From: a virus
Lineage: Duplodnaviria; Caudoviricetes
DNA length: 30,845 nt
Virus record (IMG/VR): IMGVR_UViG_3300025120_000311
Location: 1-30,845 of that record
Direction: 5' to 3' (one strand)
Shown here in pieces: positions 10,069 to 17,859 of the stretch. Under the pieces are notes generated by a model. It was not told the origin of the DNA. It was given only the letters and a program-made list of their open reading frames with translations, and searched no databases. A program made the position numbers and the translations under genes. The stretch's first letter is position 1. Each line of letters begins with the position of its first letter.

Positions 10069-10764
10069 ATGGATCCAGTAAGTGCAATGGCCACTGCTTC
10101 AGCGGCCTTCGGAGTATTAAAAAAAGGGTTTGCAATTGGTCGTGATATAGAATCAATGGCGTCTGACCTTTCGCGTTGGATGGGGGCGTTATCTGATCTT
10201 GACCAAATGGAAAAAGAGGCTAAAAACCCTCCTATTTTCAAAAAACTATTTAGCGGTAAATCCGTTGAACAAGAAGCGATCGAAACATTCGCCGCTAAAC
10301 AAAAAGCGCAACAGCAAAGATACGAACTTCAGCAATGGATCGGCTTAACATTGGGCAGATCGAAATGGGAAGAGCTTGTTCGTATGGAAGGTCAAATCCG
10401 TAAACGGCGGCAAGAGACTTTATATAAACAAAGAGAGCGACGTCAAAAATTTATTGAAATTATTGCTTGGACTGCGACTGTCGGATTAGGAGTTTTTACA
10501 CTTTATCTATTTATCGTATTTCTACAAAATAAAGCAGCAGAAGCTGACGATCTTATGATTACTTGTCGTAAAGTTAAGTGCGAAAAATTAGAAAATAAAC
10601 AAACTATTTGTGTGTTTAAAGGTGCAAATAATACTATAGAATCCCAAGTTTTTGAATATATGGAATTTATTCCGTCAGAGTATCAATGTAAATATGATCC
10701 AAACGCTAAAAAAGAAATGACAGTACAAGAGACTCTTAAAGCAGTACGCGAGAGTCAAAAATGA
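10069..10764 (+). CDS. Membrane-anchored hypothetical protein (helical N-domain, one TM helix, Cys-containing C-domain)
   Basis: MDPVSAMATASAAF..KKG...GRDIESM N-terminus, a basic stretch, TM segment IIAWTATVGLGVFTLYLFIVFL, and four Cys in the C-terminal domain. Confidence 0.6.
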   Translation: MDPVSAMATASAAFGVLKKGFAIGRDIESMASDLSRWMGALSDLDQMEKEAKNPPIFKKLFSGKSVEQEAIETFAAKQKAQQQRYELQQWIGLTLGRSKWEELVRMEGQIRKRRQETLYKQRERRQKFIEIIAWTATVGLGVFTLYLFIVFLQNKAAEADDLMITCRKVKCEKLENKQTICVFKGANNTIESQVFEYMEFIPSEYQCKYDPNAKKEMTVQETLKAVRESQK

Positions 10765-11078
10765 GTAAGAAGTTTCAAGCCGACACTGAATACGCTAAAT
10801 ATGATTTAGACGGAGACGGAGAAATAACTGACGAGGAACTAGAACATGTCAAGGAAATACGGGAAACAGAACGTGATTTGCGAAAGAGTTTAGCTCAGTT
10901 GCGTATGGCGCGATTTACCTTAATTGGTATGGGCGTGTTTACTGCAGCCATGTTTACCCCGTGGGTTTCTGTTGAACGTATTTCAGCACTAAGCGAAATT
11001 AGTAGTTTATTCTATATTAGTGGCGCGGGTATCGTTGGCGCGTATATGGGTACTACTGCATGGATGAGTCGTAAATGA
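10761..11078 (+). CDS. EF-hand-containing two-TM membrane protein (holin/antiholin-like)
   Basis: DLDGDGEITDEE is a canonical 12-residue EF loop. Two hydrophobic helices, ending GAYMGTTAWMSRK. ATGA overlaps on both sides. Confidence 0.6.
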   Translation: MSKKFQADTEYAKYDLDGDGEITDEELEHVKEIRETERDLRKSLAQLRMARFTLIGMGVFTAAMFTPWVSVERISALSEISSLFYISGAGIVGAYMGTTAWMSRK

Positions 11079-11302
11079 TAGACGCCTTCTTGCTGCTGGT
11101 ATATTTGGGCACGGGAGAATTTCGGAAGCTAGAGTCTAGCAATATGTATTTTTATTCTGTTACAGAATGTAACTACTTCGCTTCACAAGTATCAAAAAGG
11201 TACGGCAACTATCAGTATTCTCAATACCTTGATGCGAAGGATAGGGTAACAGCATACTGCGTACCTAAGCAAGTAGATACAGAAAAAGTAAAGGTGTACT
11301 GA
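11075..11302 (+). CDS. Small Cys-pair protein with hydrophobic N-terminus
   Basis: 75 aa with the pattern MIDAFLLLVYL...FYSVTEC...AYCVP. Coupled to both neighbours. Confidence 0.6.
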   Translation: MIDAFLLLVYLGTGEFRKLESSNMYFYSVTECNYFASQVSKRYGNYQYSQYLDAKDRVTAYCVPKQVDTEKVKVY

Positions 11303-11688
11303 TGCTACAAGCACTAATCGGACCTGTTTCTGGCCTAATCGGGTCGTGGATGGATTCAAAAACAGAAGAACAACGTGGTAAATCTGCGGTTGCTAAAGCG
11401 AAGGCTGAAGCTGAAGCTAAGGTAATGGTTTCAGCGGCAACTTCGACAGCTGATTGGGAAAAGTTAATGGCAAAAGGTAGCCAATCATCTTGGAAAGATG
11501 AATGGCTAACTATTTTATTTTCAATTCCACTTATCCTCGCTTTTGCTGGGGAGTGGGGTAGAACTATTGTTGCAGAGGGTTTTGCTGCTTTGGAAGTAAT
11601 GCCCGATTGGTATCAGTATACGTTAGGCGTGATTGTAGCAGCTAGTTTCGGAGTCCGGTCAGCAACTAAATTTTTCGGGAAAAAATAA
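11302..11688 (+). CDS. Holin (GTA 3TM-holin-like)
   Basis: SSWKDEWLTILFSIP and ALEVMPDWYQYTLGVIVAASFGVR motifs with TM segments. Directly upstream of and coupled to the lysozyme. Confidence 0.75.
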   Translation: MLQALIGPVSGLIGSWMDSKTEEQRGKSAVAKAKAEAEAKVMVSAATSTADWEKLMAKGSQSSWKDEWLTILFSIPLILAFAGEWGRTIVAEGFAALEVMPDWYQYTLGVIVAASFGVRSATKFFGKK

Positions 11689-12131
11689 TGGATATAGGAA
11701 AACTAAAGAGAGACCTTGAGGCAGACGAAGGTTGCGTGTACGCAGTCTATCTTGATCACCTTGACCTTCCAACCTTTGGTATTGGTCATCTAATTAGGAA
11801 AAACGATCCTGAATATGGATTAGATGTCGGTTCTGCTGTGTCGTCTGAGCGAGTATTAGAAGCGTTTGAAGAGGATATACAGGTCGTCATAAATGATTGT
11901 GAAAACTTGTACCAAGACTTCGGCGATTTACCCGAAGACGTACAGTTGATCGTAGCTAACATGATGTTCAACCTTGGATACCCTCGTCTATCTAAATTTA
12001 AGGGTATGAAAGCGGGTGTCGACGCTCGTGATTGGAACAAAGCAGCGGACGAGATGATAGATTCACGTTGGTATAAACAGGTAACTAACCGTGCTGAACG
12101 TCTTGTTCAACGGATGCGAGCGGTTGGATAG
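11688..12131 (+). CDS. Endolysin, T4-like lysozyme (GH24)
   Basis: Catalytic E-x8-D-x5-T pattern in DEGCVYAVYLDHLDLPTFGIGH, plus NMMFNLG and WNKAADEMIDSRWYKQVTNRAERL. Confidence 0.92.
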   Translation: MDIGKLKRDLEADEGCVYAVYLDHLDLPTFGIGHLIRKNDPEYGLDVGSAVSSERVLEAFEEDIQVVINDCENLYQDFGDLPEDVQLIVANMMFNLGYPRLSKFKGMKAGVDARDWNKAADEMIDSRWYKQVTNRAERLVQRMRAVG

Positions 12132-12309
12132 TTACTTCGTAACCCATCTTGTTTAGGACTTTATTAAAATTAGACAGGGTGGGTTGCCGTTGTTTAGCTT
12201 CCCACGTGTACACGGTTATCAAACTTACGCCTGTGTCTTCCGATACATCTTTTTGAGATAGCCCTGATCGTTTTCTAATATCCTTGAACTCTTGAATTAA
12301 ATCAGCCAT
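12085..12309 (-). CDS. XRE/Cro-family HTH DNA-binding protein
   Basis: IRKRSGLSQKDVSEDTGVSLITVYTWEAKQRQPTLSNF is an HTH_3 pattern. The ATG at 12309 overlaps the helicase 3' end. Confidence 0.85.
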   Translation of the reverse strand: MADLIQEFKDIRKRSGLSQKDVSEDTGVSLITVYTWEAKQRQPTLSNFNKVLNKMGYEVTIQPLASVEQDVQHG

Positions 12310-13745
12310 TTTTTCCAATCTTCTTCTAATACCTGTGTTGCGATGTTAATCTTCTTTCGAAGCGCACCGACTATTTTTTCATCTACCGTTTTTTGCGCGA
12401 TTAAGTCGATGTATGTAACCGCATTAGATTGACCGATTCTATGCGCACGATCTTCTGACTGTAACCTTACTTCAAGATCATAACTGTTACTATAATAAAT
12501 TACTGTTGAAGCAGCAGTTAAAGTCAAACCGTACCCACCTGTACGAGGCTGTCCAATAAAAAAGCGTAGTTCTTCATCTTCTTGAAAACGATCTACAATA
12601 TTTTGCCGTTCTTCGCCATCAGTATCGCCGAAATAAGTGGCAACAGATGTTGATCCATAAATTTTAGATATTTCGTTTTCGATAGCGAGAATATCGTGTC
12701 GGTAGTTAGCCCAAATGATTGCTTTACCGTTTAACTCTTCTAAGATCGCGAGTAACTCGGACATGCGGTTGTTTTTAATTTCAACCACATTACCATCATC
12801 TGTATTAACAAAACCACAACTAATTTGGTGTAGGCGTAATAACTGAGTAATAACTGCGTTAGCTGTTACCATTTCCATATCATCTAACAAGGTTACAGCG
12901 GTCTTTTTCATTTGATCGTATAGGTTCTTTTGTTCAGAGGTCAACTCTATCGTTCGCATCGTATAAGTCTTTTCAGGTAAATCAAGACATTCTTCTTTTG
13001 TGACACGATACGAGTGAGGCTTTATTGATTCAGTTAACTCGTCAAGGTTTCTAAACCCAAGTATCTGATTATACTGGTGACCGCCTCCTGATGCACTGCG
13101 TTTTATCATATCCGCGTAACGAGCACAAAAAGCATAATATGATTTAAAGCCTAGTAATTCTTCTCCTAGAAACTGAAACTGAGAAAACAAATCAAGCGGT
13201 GTTTTTGTAATAGGAGACCCTGTAAGAATCCGTTTATATTTACAACGTTTAGATAGCCGCATTGCCGCCTTGCTTCTTCGGGCTTTGTGGTTCTTTATAA
13301 CTGTAGATTCATCAATAGCAATAAGGGTCGCACCGCCATGTGCTGAAATAAATTTAGTTGCGACTTCTTCTGCTTTGCCTGTCGATAACGCTTCAATATT
13401 CATTACGAAGATATGCAAATATTCGTCTGGTCGCCAAATATCGCGAATAGCATCCTTATGTTTATTAGTTAAAGGCGAAGCCCAATACGCAACTTTGTGT
13501 TTAACACTGTCGGGTAAATGTGCTGGTATCTCTTTTCCGACCCAGTTTTTATAAACACCTTTTGGAGCAAGGATTAAAACAGAATTTATTTCATCAGCTC
13601 TGTCAAGAGCTGCGATCGTATCAATAAGAACTTTTGATTTACCTGTTCCCATATCCATAAGGAGCGCAAACGACTTCTTCTGGTAGGAAACCTCCAGTGC
13701 TTTTAGCTGGTGGTTATACGGTTTGGTCTTAAATTTAAATGTCAT
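12297..13745 (-). CDS. SNF2-family (SF2) helicase/translocase
   Basis: Walker A MDMGTGKS, motif II IDEST, motif III LTGSP, GYGLTLT and motif VI QSEDRAHRIGQ. Confidence 0.92.
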   Translation of the reverse strand: MTFKFKTKPYNHQLKALEVSYQKKSFALLMDMGTGKSKVLIDTIAALDRADEINSVLILAPKGVYKNWVGKEIPAHLPDSVKHKVAYWASPLTNKHKDAIRDIWRPDEYLHIFVMNIEALSTGKAEEVATKFISAHGGATLIAIDESTVIKNHKARRSKAAMRLSKRCKYKRILTGSPITKTPLDLFSQFQFLGEELLGFKSYYAFCARYADMIKRSASGGGHQYNQILGFRNLDELTESIKPHSYRVTKEECLDLPEKTYTMRTIELTSEQKNLYDQMKKTAVTLLDDMEMVTANAVITQLLRLHQISCGFVNTDDGNVVEIKNNRMSELLAILEELNGKAIIWANYRHDILAIENEISKIYGSTSVATYFGDTDGEERQNIVDRFQEDEELRFFIGQPRTGGYGLTLTAASTVIYYSNSYDLEVRLQSEDRAHRIGQSNAVTYIDLIAQKTVDEKIVGALRKKINIATQVLEEDWKKWLI

Positions 13746-13818
13746 AAAAAACCCCTATACGTTGACGCGGTTATAATATAGTATAGCTTTCGAGTAAACC
13801 CACAGAAAGGATAGAGTT
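13746..13818. promoter_or_regulatory. Divergent promoter region between the SNF2 helicase and the HD hydrolase
   Basis: 73-bp gap between divergent genes. TTGACG at 13762 is followed by AT-rich TTATAATATAGTATAGC. The minus strand reads ATACTATATTATAA, like the recurring ACTATA motif. AGAAAGGA RBS at 13804. Confidence 0.5.
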
Positions 13819-14409
13819 ATGGGCCAATACCCTCTTTCCGAGAAAATATATAATACGCGGATGGCAGGACGCATACGGCGTCTGCATATACGCCCTGTTA
13901 ATGGGGAGGAACAAAACGTAGCCGCCCACACTTGGGGGCTGTCCATGATCCTCTTAGACCTGTTTCCAGATATATCAAAAGACGGTTTAGTGTTTGCGCT
14001 TCGCCATGACGTTCCTGAAGTTGTTACGGGGGATATACCTGCTAATGTAAAATGGGATAATCCGGATTTAGAAAAAGCTCTTGAAGAGCGCGAAAAAAGT
14101 TTTTTGAAAGATATGGGCTGGAAAACTGAACATGGGGGTGTTCCGTCTTGGGGACGTGAAAACCTTTATATAAAGATAGCTGACCGCATTGAGTTGCTGT
14201 TTTATTGTTTAGAACAGATGTATATGGGTAACTGGCTCTTGGCTGATGTTTATATAAATATACGAGATAAAATCGTGGTAGATATCGAAGTCTTAGAAAA
14301 GAAGGTACGGGCTAATGTTATTCGTTATATCGACGCCTATAGTGAATATCTAGCAGATAATTTTTCTCAAAAGGCGATTTCACCCCGCGACGGCTTATCG
14401 TTCTCATAA
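13819..14409 (+). CDS. HD-domain 5'-deoxynucleotide phosphohydrolase (YfbR/DatZ-like)
   Basis: RIRRLH...QNVAAHTW...ALRHDVPEVVTGDIPANVK...IKIADRIE carries the H...HD...D signature of the YfbR-like family. Confidence 0.85.
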   Translation: MGQYPLSEKIYNTRMAGRIRRLHIRPVNGEEQNVAAHTWGLSMILLDLFPDISKDGLVFALRHDVPEVVTGDIPANVKWDNPDLEKALEEREKSFLKDMGWKTEHGGVPSWGRENLYIKIADRIELLFYCLEQMYMGNWLLADVYINIRDKIVVDIEVLEKKVRANVIRYIDAYSEYLADNFSQKAISPRDGLSFS

Positions 14410-14490
14410 TGTCATATGTTTTATCATAGGATAGTTTACTAGCTATAACATACAGTTAACTACTAAATTATGAGATTATGAGATTATGAT
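14403..14490. repeat. Oppositely oriented 8-bp repeats (ATTATGAG units)
   Basis: ATTATGAG at 14467 and 14475, ATTATGAT at 14483. Exact inverted copy CTCATAAT at 14403-14410, with further TCATA cores at 14412 and 14424. Confidence 0.75.
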
Positions 14491-14557
14491 GGACTTAGAC
14501 ATTAAAACGTAGTTTAAAACCTACCCAGACAGATATAGGGTAAAAAACGGAGGAAAA

Positions 14558-14875
14558 ATGTCCAGTAGCGTTTATCTGGTGCAAGAGACGGGCAAGCACA
14601 ATTTCACCCCTGCTAGACAATTTGGAGAAATAGAAGTTCTATTGCCCCCAAATTACCAGATCAGTTTTGACGCTAAGTGGGCGATTGAACAGATTCATCA
14701 GGGGTTAAAGAATATAAAGCAAGGCGATTACGTTTTGCTTTCTGGAGATCCGACCCTTATAGGTTTAACTGTTGCAATAGCTTCAGACTACCTAGACGGG
14801 GAGGTGAACTTGCTGAAATGGGATAGGCAAGAAAAATTATATATCCCTATAAGCTGTAGTCTTTATGGAGAATAA
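14558..14875 (+). CDS. Conserved phage hypothetical protein (small alpha/beta fold)
   Basis: Strong GGAGG RBS. Motifs VYLVQE..ARQFG..DYVLLSGDP..LLKWDRQEKLYIP are familiar from phage replication modules. Confidence 0.7.
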   Translation: MSSSVYLVQETGKHNFTPARQFGEIEVLLPPNYQISFDAKWAIEQIHQGLKNIKQGDYVLLSGDPTLIGLTVAIASDYLDGEVNLLKWDRQEKLYIPISCSLYGE

Positions 14876-14877
14876 AA

Positions 14878-15444
14878 TTGGATAAAGACATACTCGACGA
14901 TATCCTCGGGGGCGAGGCAATAAATACCCTAGCAGTCGAGGCAACCGATGGTGAAATACATCGCATTGCTGAGTTGGCAAATAAACAACTCGAATTGGAG
15001 CGCGGGGTAACTGCGCTCGAGTTAGAACTGAAAGCGAAAAAAGAAGAATTGCGTTCCGTACAAGAGCACGACCTTCCTGACGCTTTGGCCGAAGCTGGCG
15101 TATCAGAGATACGTCTTGCGGATGGCTCTAGGGTAAAAGCCGAACCATTCGTTACCGCGCACATCACGAAAGCTAAAGCAGACGAGGCCCATTCGTGGCT
15201 CGTTGACCATGGTTTTGGTGACATTATTAAACGTGAGGTAACGGCTAAATTTGGTAAAGATGACGATAAATGGAAGCTGGCGGTAGAAGCACTGCAAGCT
15301 AAAGGTATCAAAATCGACACCAAAGAAGCGGTACACCACTCGACCCTGAGGGCATTTGCCAAAGAACAAATCGAAAAGGGCACAGATATACCTGTGGACT
15401 TATTTGGTTTGTATTCAGGCTTCAAATCTAAAATCGCTAAATAG
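14878..15444 (+). CDS. Conserved phage hypothetical protein (coiled-coil N-terminus), replication module
   Basis: TTG start with GGAG RBS. Motifs LPDALAEAG..LADGS, WLVDHGFGDIIK and VHHSTLRAF. Confidence 0.7.
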   Translation: MDKDILDDILGGEAINTLAVEATDGEIHRIAELANKQLELERGVTALELELKAKKEELRSVQEHDLPDALAEAGVSEIRLADGSRVKAEPFVTAHITKAKADEAHSWLVDHGFGDIIKREVTAKFGKDDDKWKLAVEALQAKGIKIDTKEAVHHSTLRAFAKEQIEKGTDIPVDLFGLYSGFKSKIAK

Positions 15445-15454
15445 GAGGATTACC

Positions 15455-16258
15455 ATGGCGAAAATTACTGAAGTTGCTGTAAAAGCAGAAGGCGGCGCAG
15501 TCGCAATTGTAGACGATGAACTGTTAGCTTATGGAACTGGTTTAGAAGAAGTAACACCCGATGATGTATCTATTCCCTTCGTCCAAATTCTACAGGCTCT
15601 TAGCCCACAGTTGAATAAAAATGACGGTAAATATATCAAAGGCGCGGAGCAGGGTAATATCTATAATTCTGTTCTTAACACAGCTACTGATGGCGACGAA
15701 GGTATTGTTGTAGTGCCGTGTTATTACAATAAAAAATACCTTGAGTGGGCACCCCGAGAAACGGGCGGTGGCAAAGTAAACGAACACGATTCTCGTGATA
15801 TTCTTGCGCAGTGCACAAAAAACGACCGTGGTCAGATGGTGTTATCAAACGGTAATTACATCGCAGAGACCGCACAGTTTTTTGTTATGGTTTGTAACGA
15901 GGACGAAACCGAGTGGTCACAAGCTGTAATAGCTATGACTTCTACGCAGTTGGGTAAAGCTCGTAAGTGGCTCGCTCAAATGTTACAACAGCGTGTTGTT
16001 AATAGTGCTGGTGTAACACAAGACGCACCCATGTTCATGTTTAAATATCGTTTGAAAACGGTTCAAGAACAAAACGACCGTGGTTCTTGGATGGGTTGGT
16101 CTATCGGTTTAGAAGGCCCAACGACTAACGGTGCTATGGCTAAAGAAGGTGCTAAATTCCTCAGTAAGATTAAGGCTGGAGACGTACAAGTTAAATCTCC
16201 GGACGAGGAAGCTACTGAGCAAAGTAAGCAAGATTTGAACGACGAAGTTCCTTTCTAA
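15455..16258 (+). CDS. Putative single-stranded DNA-binding/annealing protein
   Basis: AGGAGG RBS before ATG 15455 (the track start at 15356 overlaps the previous gene). IPFVQILQALSPQ motif and an SSB-type acidic tail LNDEVPF. Confidence 0.65.
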   Translation: MAKITEVAVKAEGGAVAIVDDELLAYGTGLEEVTPDDVSIPFVQILQALSPQLNKNDGKYIKGAEQGNIYNSVLNTATDGDEGIVVVPCYYNKKYLEWAPRETGGGKVNEHDSRDILAQCTKNDRGQMVLSNGNYIAETAQFFVMVCNEDETEWSQAVIAMTSTQLGKARKWLAQMLQQRVVNSAGVTQDAPMFMFKYRLKTVQEQNDRGSWMGWSIGLEGPTTNGAMAKEGAKFLSKIKAGDVQVKSPDEEATEQSKQDLNDEVPF

Positions 16259-16265
16259 ATAAAAC

Positions 16266-16294
16266 TAAGGGGGGATGTACGCCATTCCCCCTTA
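16266..16294 (+). terminator. GC-rich hairpin after the SSB gene (weak terminator or processing site)
   Basis: TAAGGGGGGATG / CATTCCCCCTTA forms a 12-bp stem with one G-U pair. No long U tract. Confidence 0.45.
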
Positions 16295-16320
16295 ATGTAC
16301 ACTGTTAGAAAGGATAAAGT

Positions 16321-17859
16321 ATGAGTACCCTTGCCCAAGATTTTGCTCAGTTATTTGCTGGTTTACGACTAGCCTATGGTTGTTATCGCCCGAATGAAGA
16401 TAATGGTCCAGGAAAACAAAAAGGTCAGTACCGAGTTATATCGGAAGATATAAGTGATGAAAAATTAATAGAATTATGGACTAATCATTTAGAGGGGAAA
16501 GAGTCGGTTGGCATTGTTCCTATTCGTGAGAATAATTCTTGCGTATGGGGGGCAATAGATATTGATGTCTACCCTTTAAAACTTGATGAACTTGTTGAAC
16601 GGTTAGTTCGACGAAATGAATTACCTTTCGTTATTGCTCGCTCTAAATCGGGCGGAGCACATGTTTATTGTTTTGTAAAAGAACCTGTACCCGCTTCTGT
16701 TATGCAGGGTAAATTGAAAGAAATAGCATCTGCTCTTGGTTATGGCACCGCTGAGATATTTCCAAAACAAACGAAGCTCCTTTTAGAAAAAGGTGATCGT
16801 GGTAATATTTTAAATATGCCGTACTTCGGTGGTAATACATCGACTAGGTATTGTCATAATGACCAAGGCGAAGGAATCTTAGATTTAGAAGAATTTATAG
16901 CTCATGTTAAGAGTAAAATGATTACTCGGCGAGAGTTAGAAAATTTAACAGCTAAAGCAGTTAATGACGCTGAGACTGATCCTGATCTTGAAGGCGCACC
17001 GCCCTGTTTAAAAGCTCTTTGTACGATGGGCTTTCCAGAAGGTACTCGTAATAACGGATTATTTGATCTAGGAGTTTTTGTTCGTAAAAAGTTTCAAGAT
17101 ACATGGGAACGTAAGATTGAAGAATTTAACTTCAAGTTCATGAAGCCACCGTTAGGTGCGCAAGAAGTCTTAACAGTTATTCGCGCCTTGAATAATAAAG
17201 ATTACCACTACAAGTGCAATGACCAGCCTATCGCCGCGTTTTGTAATTCTGCAGTATGCCGAACTTGTGAGTATGGCGTAGGTAGCTCAGGCGGTATGCC
17301 TCAGTTTGGTAATCTTCAAAAACAGGATTCTCAACCTCCGATCTGGTTTCTTGATGTTGAGGGTCATCGTTTAGAATTAACTACAGAAGAATTACAAAAC
17401 CAAACTAAGTTCCAACGGCGTTGTATGGATGCGCTTAATTTTATGCCACCAACGCAAAGGCAAAATAATTGGCGAAATATAATACAGCAGTTATTGGACG
17501 CTGTTTCTGTAATCGAGGTTCCAAAGGACGTTTCAGTAGAAGGTCAGTTTATGGAGCTATTAGAAGCGTTTTGCACTGAACGAGCGCAAGCTCAAAGCCG
17601 TGACGAATTATTATTAGGTAAACCTTGGACAGAAGAGGGTAAAACGCATTTTCGTTTAAAAGATTTATTAGACTATTTTAGTCGCCAGCAGTTTCGTGAT
17701 TATGGTCGTAATAATATAGCGGCACGGATTCGTGAGTTAGGCGGGGGCCACCATTTCTTTCATGTAAAAGGTAAGGGTGTTACTGTTTGGTACATACCCG
17801 AGTTTTCTCTACAAGAAGGAAGTTTTGATTTACCAGATATGAAAGAGGAGCCTTTTTGA
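16321..17859 (+). CDS. AEP-superfamily primase with PriCT-1-like/Cys-rich C-terminal region
   Basis: AEP motif I AIDID and motif II SKSGGAH, followed by PPC and EGTRNNGLF (PriCT-1-like) and a Cys cluster YKC..FC..VCRTC. No Walker A motif, so there is no fused helicase. Confidence 0.75.
   Translation: MSTLAQDFAQLFAGLRLAYGCYRPNEDNGPGKQKGQYRVISEDISDEKLIELWTNHLEGKESVGIVPIRENNSCVWGAIDIDVYPLKLDELVERLVRRNELPFVIARSKSGGAHVYCFVKEPVPASVMQGKLKEIASALGYGTAEIFPKQTKLLLEKGDRGNILNMPYFGGNTSTRYCHNDQGEGILDLEEFIAHVKSKMITRRELENLTAKAVNDAETDPDLEGAPPCLKALCTMGFPEGTRNNGLFDLGVFVRKKFQDTWERKIEEFNFKFMKPPLGAQEVLTVIRALNNKDYHYKCNDQPIAAFCNSAVCRTCEYGVGSSGGMPQFGNLQKQDSQPPIWFLDVEGHRLELTTEELQNQTKFQRRCMDALNFMPPTQRQNNWRNIIQQLLDAVSVIEVPKDVSVEGQFMELLEAFCTERAQAQSRDELLLGKPWTEEGKTHFRLKDLLDYFSRQQFRDYGRNNIAARIRELGGGHHFFHVKGKGVTVWYIPEFSLQEGSFDLPDMKEEPF

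Noticed and set aside
12085-12309. Lysogeny module / CI repressor
   Set aside because: It is a stand-alone HTH without a peptidase domain, and no integrase or att site is seen. Lifestyle cannot be determined from this window.
13819-14409. DatZ / 2-aminoadenine (Z) genome system
   Set aside because: The HD fold fits, but there is no purZ-like adenylosuccinate synthetase in the window and the neighbouring enzymes point to pyrimidine modification.
14467-14490. CRISPR or mini-array
   Set aside because: The 8-bp units are directly tandem with no spacers, and there are no cas genes.
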